A DNA stretch of 15,702 nt. Origin: Elusimicrobiota bacterium. Lineage in GTDB: Bacteria; Elusimicrobiota; Elusimicrobia; UBA1565. Position 1 is the first letter of the stretch, and each line of letters opens with the position of its first letter. Both the position numbers and the translations under genes were made by a program. The notes beneath the pieces were generated by a model. That model was not told where the DNA came from. It did no database searches and worked only from the letters and a program-made list of their open reading frames with translations. Shown one piece after another: positions 15,306 through 15,702 of the stretch. The stretch is taken from positions 1 to 15,702 of the forward strand of contig JBDRPD010000058.1 in the NCBI GenBank assembly GCA_043827405.1, given 5' to 3'.

Positions 15306-15333
15306 TTGACCGTCGCCGCGACCGCGCTACTAT
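15306..15333 (+). promoter_or_regulatory. Sigma70 promoter, probably producing a leaderless mRNA
   Basis: TTGACC (15306-11), 16 nt spacer, TACTAT (15328-33). ATG 15339 lies 5 nt after the -10 element. Confidence 0.65.
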
Positions 15334-15338
15334 TAGGT

Positions 15339-15702
15339 ATGCGAAAACGAAGTTTCGCGCTTTATCTGCTGGCCGCGCTGACGGCCGTTCCGGCCTCGGC
15401 CGCCCGCATCGCCGCTCCGGTCGGCAAAGCCGCGCCGACGCTCCGACCCTTCACGCTCCCGGCCGTCGCCGCGCCGCTGTTCCGGCATAACGGCGGCGCC
15501 GGCATCTCGCTGCCCAAGCTCGATCCCGGCATTCTGACATCCGTCGCGACCCCCAATATTCTGCCGTCGATCCTATTCACCCAGCCGCGCACCGTTAAAG
15601 TGCAGGACCTGCGTCAGGCAACGGTCACGCCGGGCAAGGCCGCGGCCGCCGTCAAGCAGAGGGTGCAAGCCGCGTTCTCCGCGCTCTCCTCGGCCAAGAA
15701 CC
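15339..15702 (+). CDS. Secreted hypothetical protein, N-terminal part (runs off the window)
   Basis: Not in the ORF track because it has no stop. It reads MRKRSFALYLLAALTAVPASAARIAAPVGKAAPTLRPFTLPAVAAP..., a signal peptide plus Ala/Pro-rich linker, and is open to the window end. Confidence 0.75.
   Translation, partial: MRKRSFALYLLAALTAVPASAARIAAPVGKAAPTLRPFTLPAVAAPLFRHNGGAGISLPKLDPGILTSVATPNILPSILFTQPRTVKVQDLRQATVTPGKAAAAVKQRVQAAFSALSSAKN

Noticed and set aside
1..15702. CRISPR arrays, tRNA/rRNA genes, transposases, integrases, RiPP precursor ORF
   Set aside because: No regularly spaced repeats, RNA-gene signatures or mobile-element motifs were seen, and the intergenic gaps are short.

Overview
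High-GC bacterial window, possibly Elusimicrobiota-like (inference only, from protein style). Left part: the 3' end of an NrfD/PsrC-family quinol oxidoreductase membrane subunit, a convergent exported diheme c-type cytochrome, a small XRE-HTH gene flanked by repeated boxes, a secreted hypothetical and a stand-alone receiver protein. Centre: a minus-strand two-component pair (2-TM, PAS-PAS histidine kinase plus NtrC-type sigma54 activator) that is divergent from a 9-gene, tightly packed plus-strand operon (6340-15236). The AT-rich spacer between them holds a good -24/-12 sigma54 promoter and two NtrC-like boxes. The operon begins with a shortened, divergent sigma54-like protein (RpoN box SRRTINDCR). 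It continues with a YwiC-like membrane protein, five radical SAM enzymes of five different types (HxsC/SPASM-like, MJ0021/COG2108-like, RlmN-like without the resolving Cys, B12-binding with a STAS-like tail, TatD-associated type), a CxxC-less thioredoxin-reductase-fold flavoprotein and an isochorismatase-family hydrolase. This regulator plus alternative sigma plus multi-radical-SAM locus is the best candidate for an undescribed system. The window ends in the 5' part of a secreted protein with a probable leaderless sigma70 promoter. All family calls come from motif recognition, not database searches.
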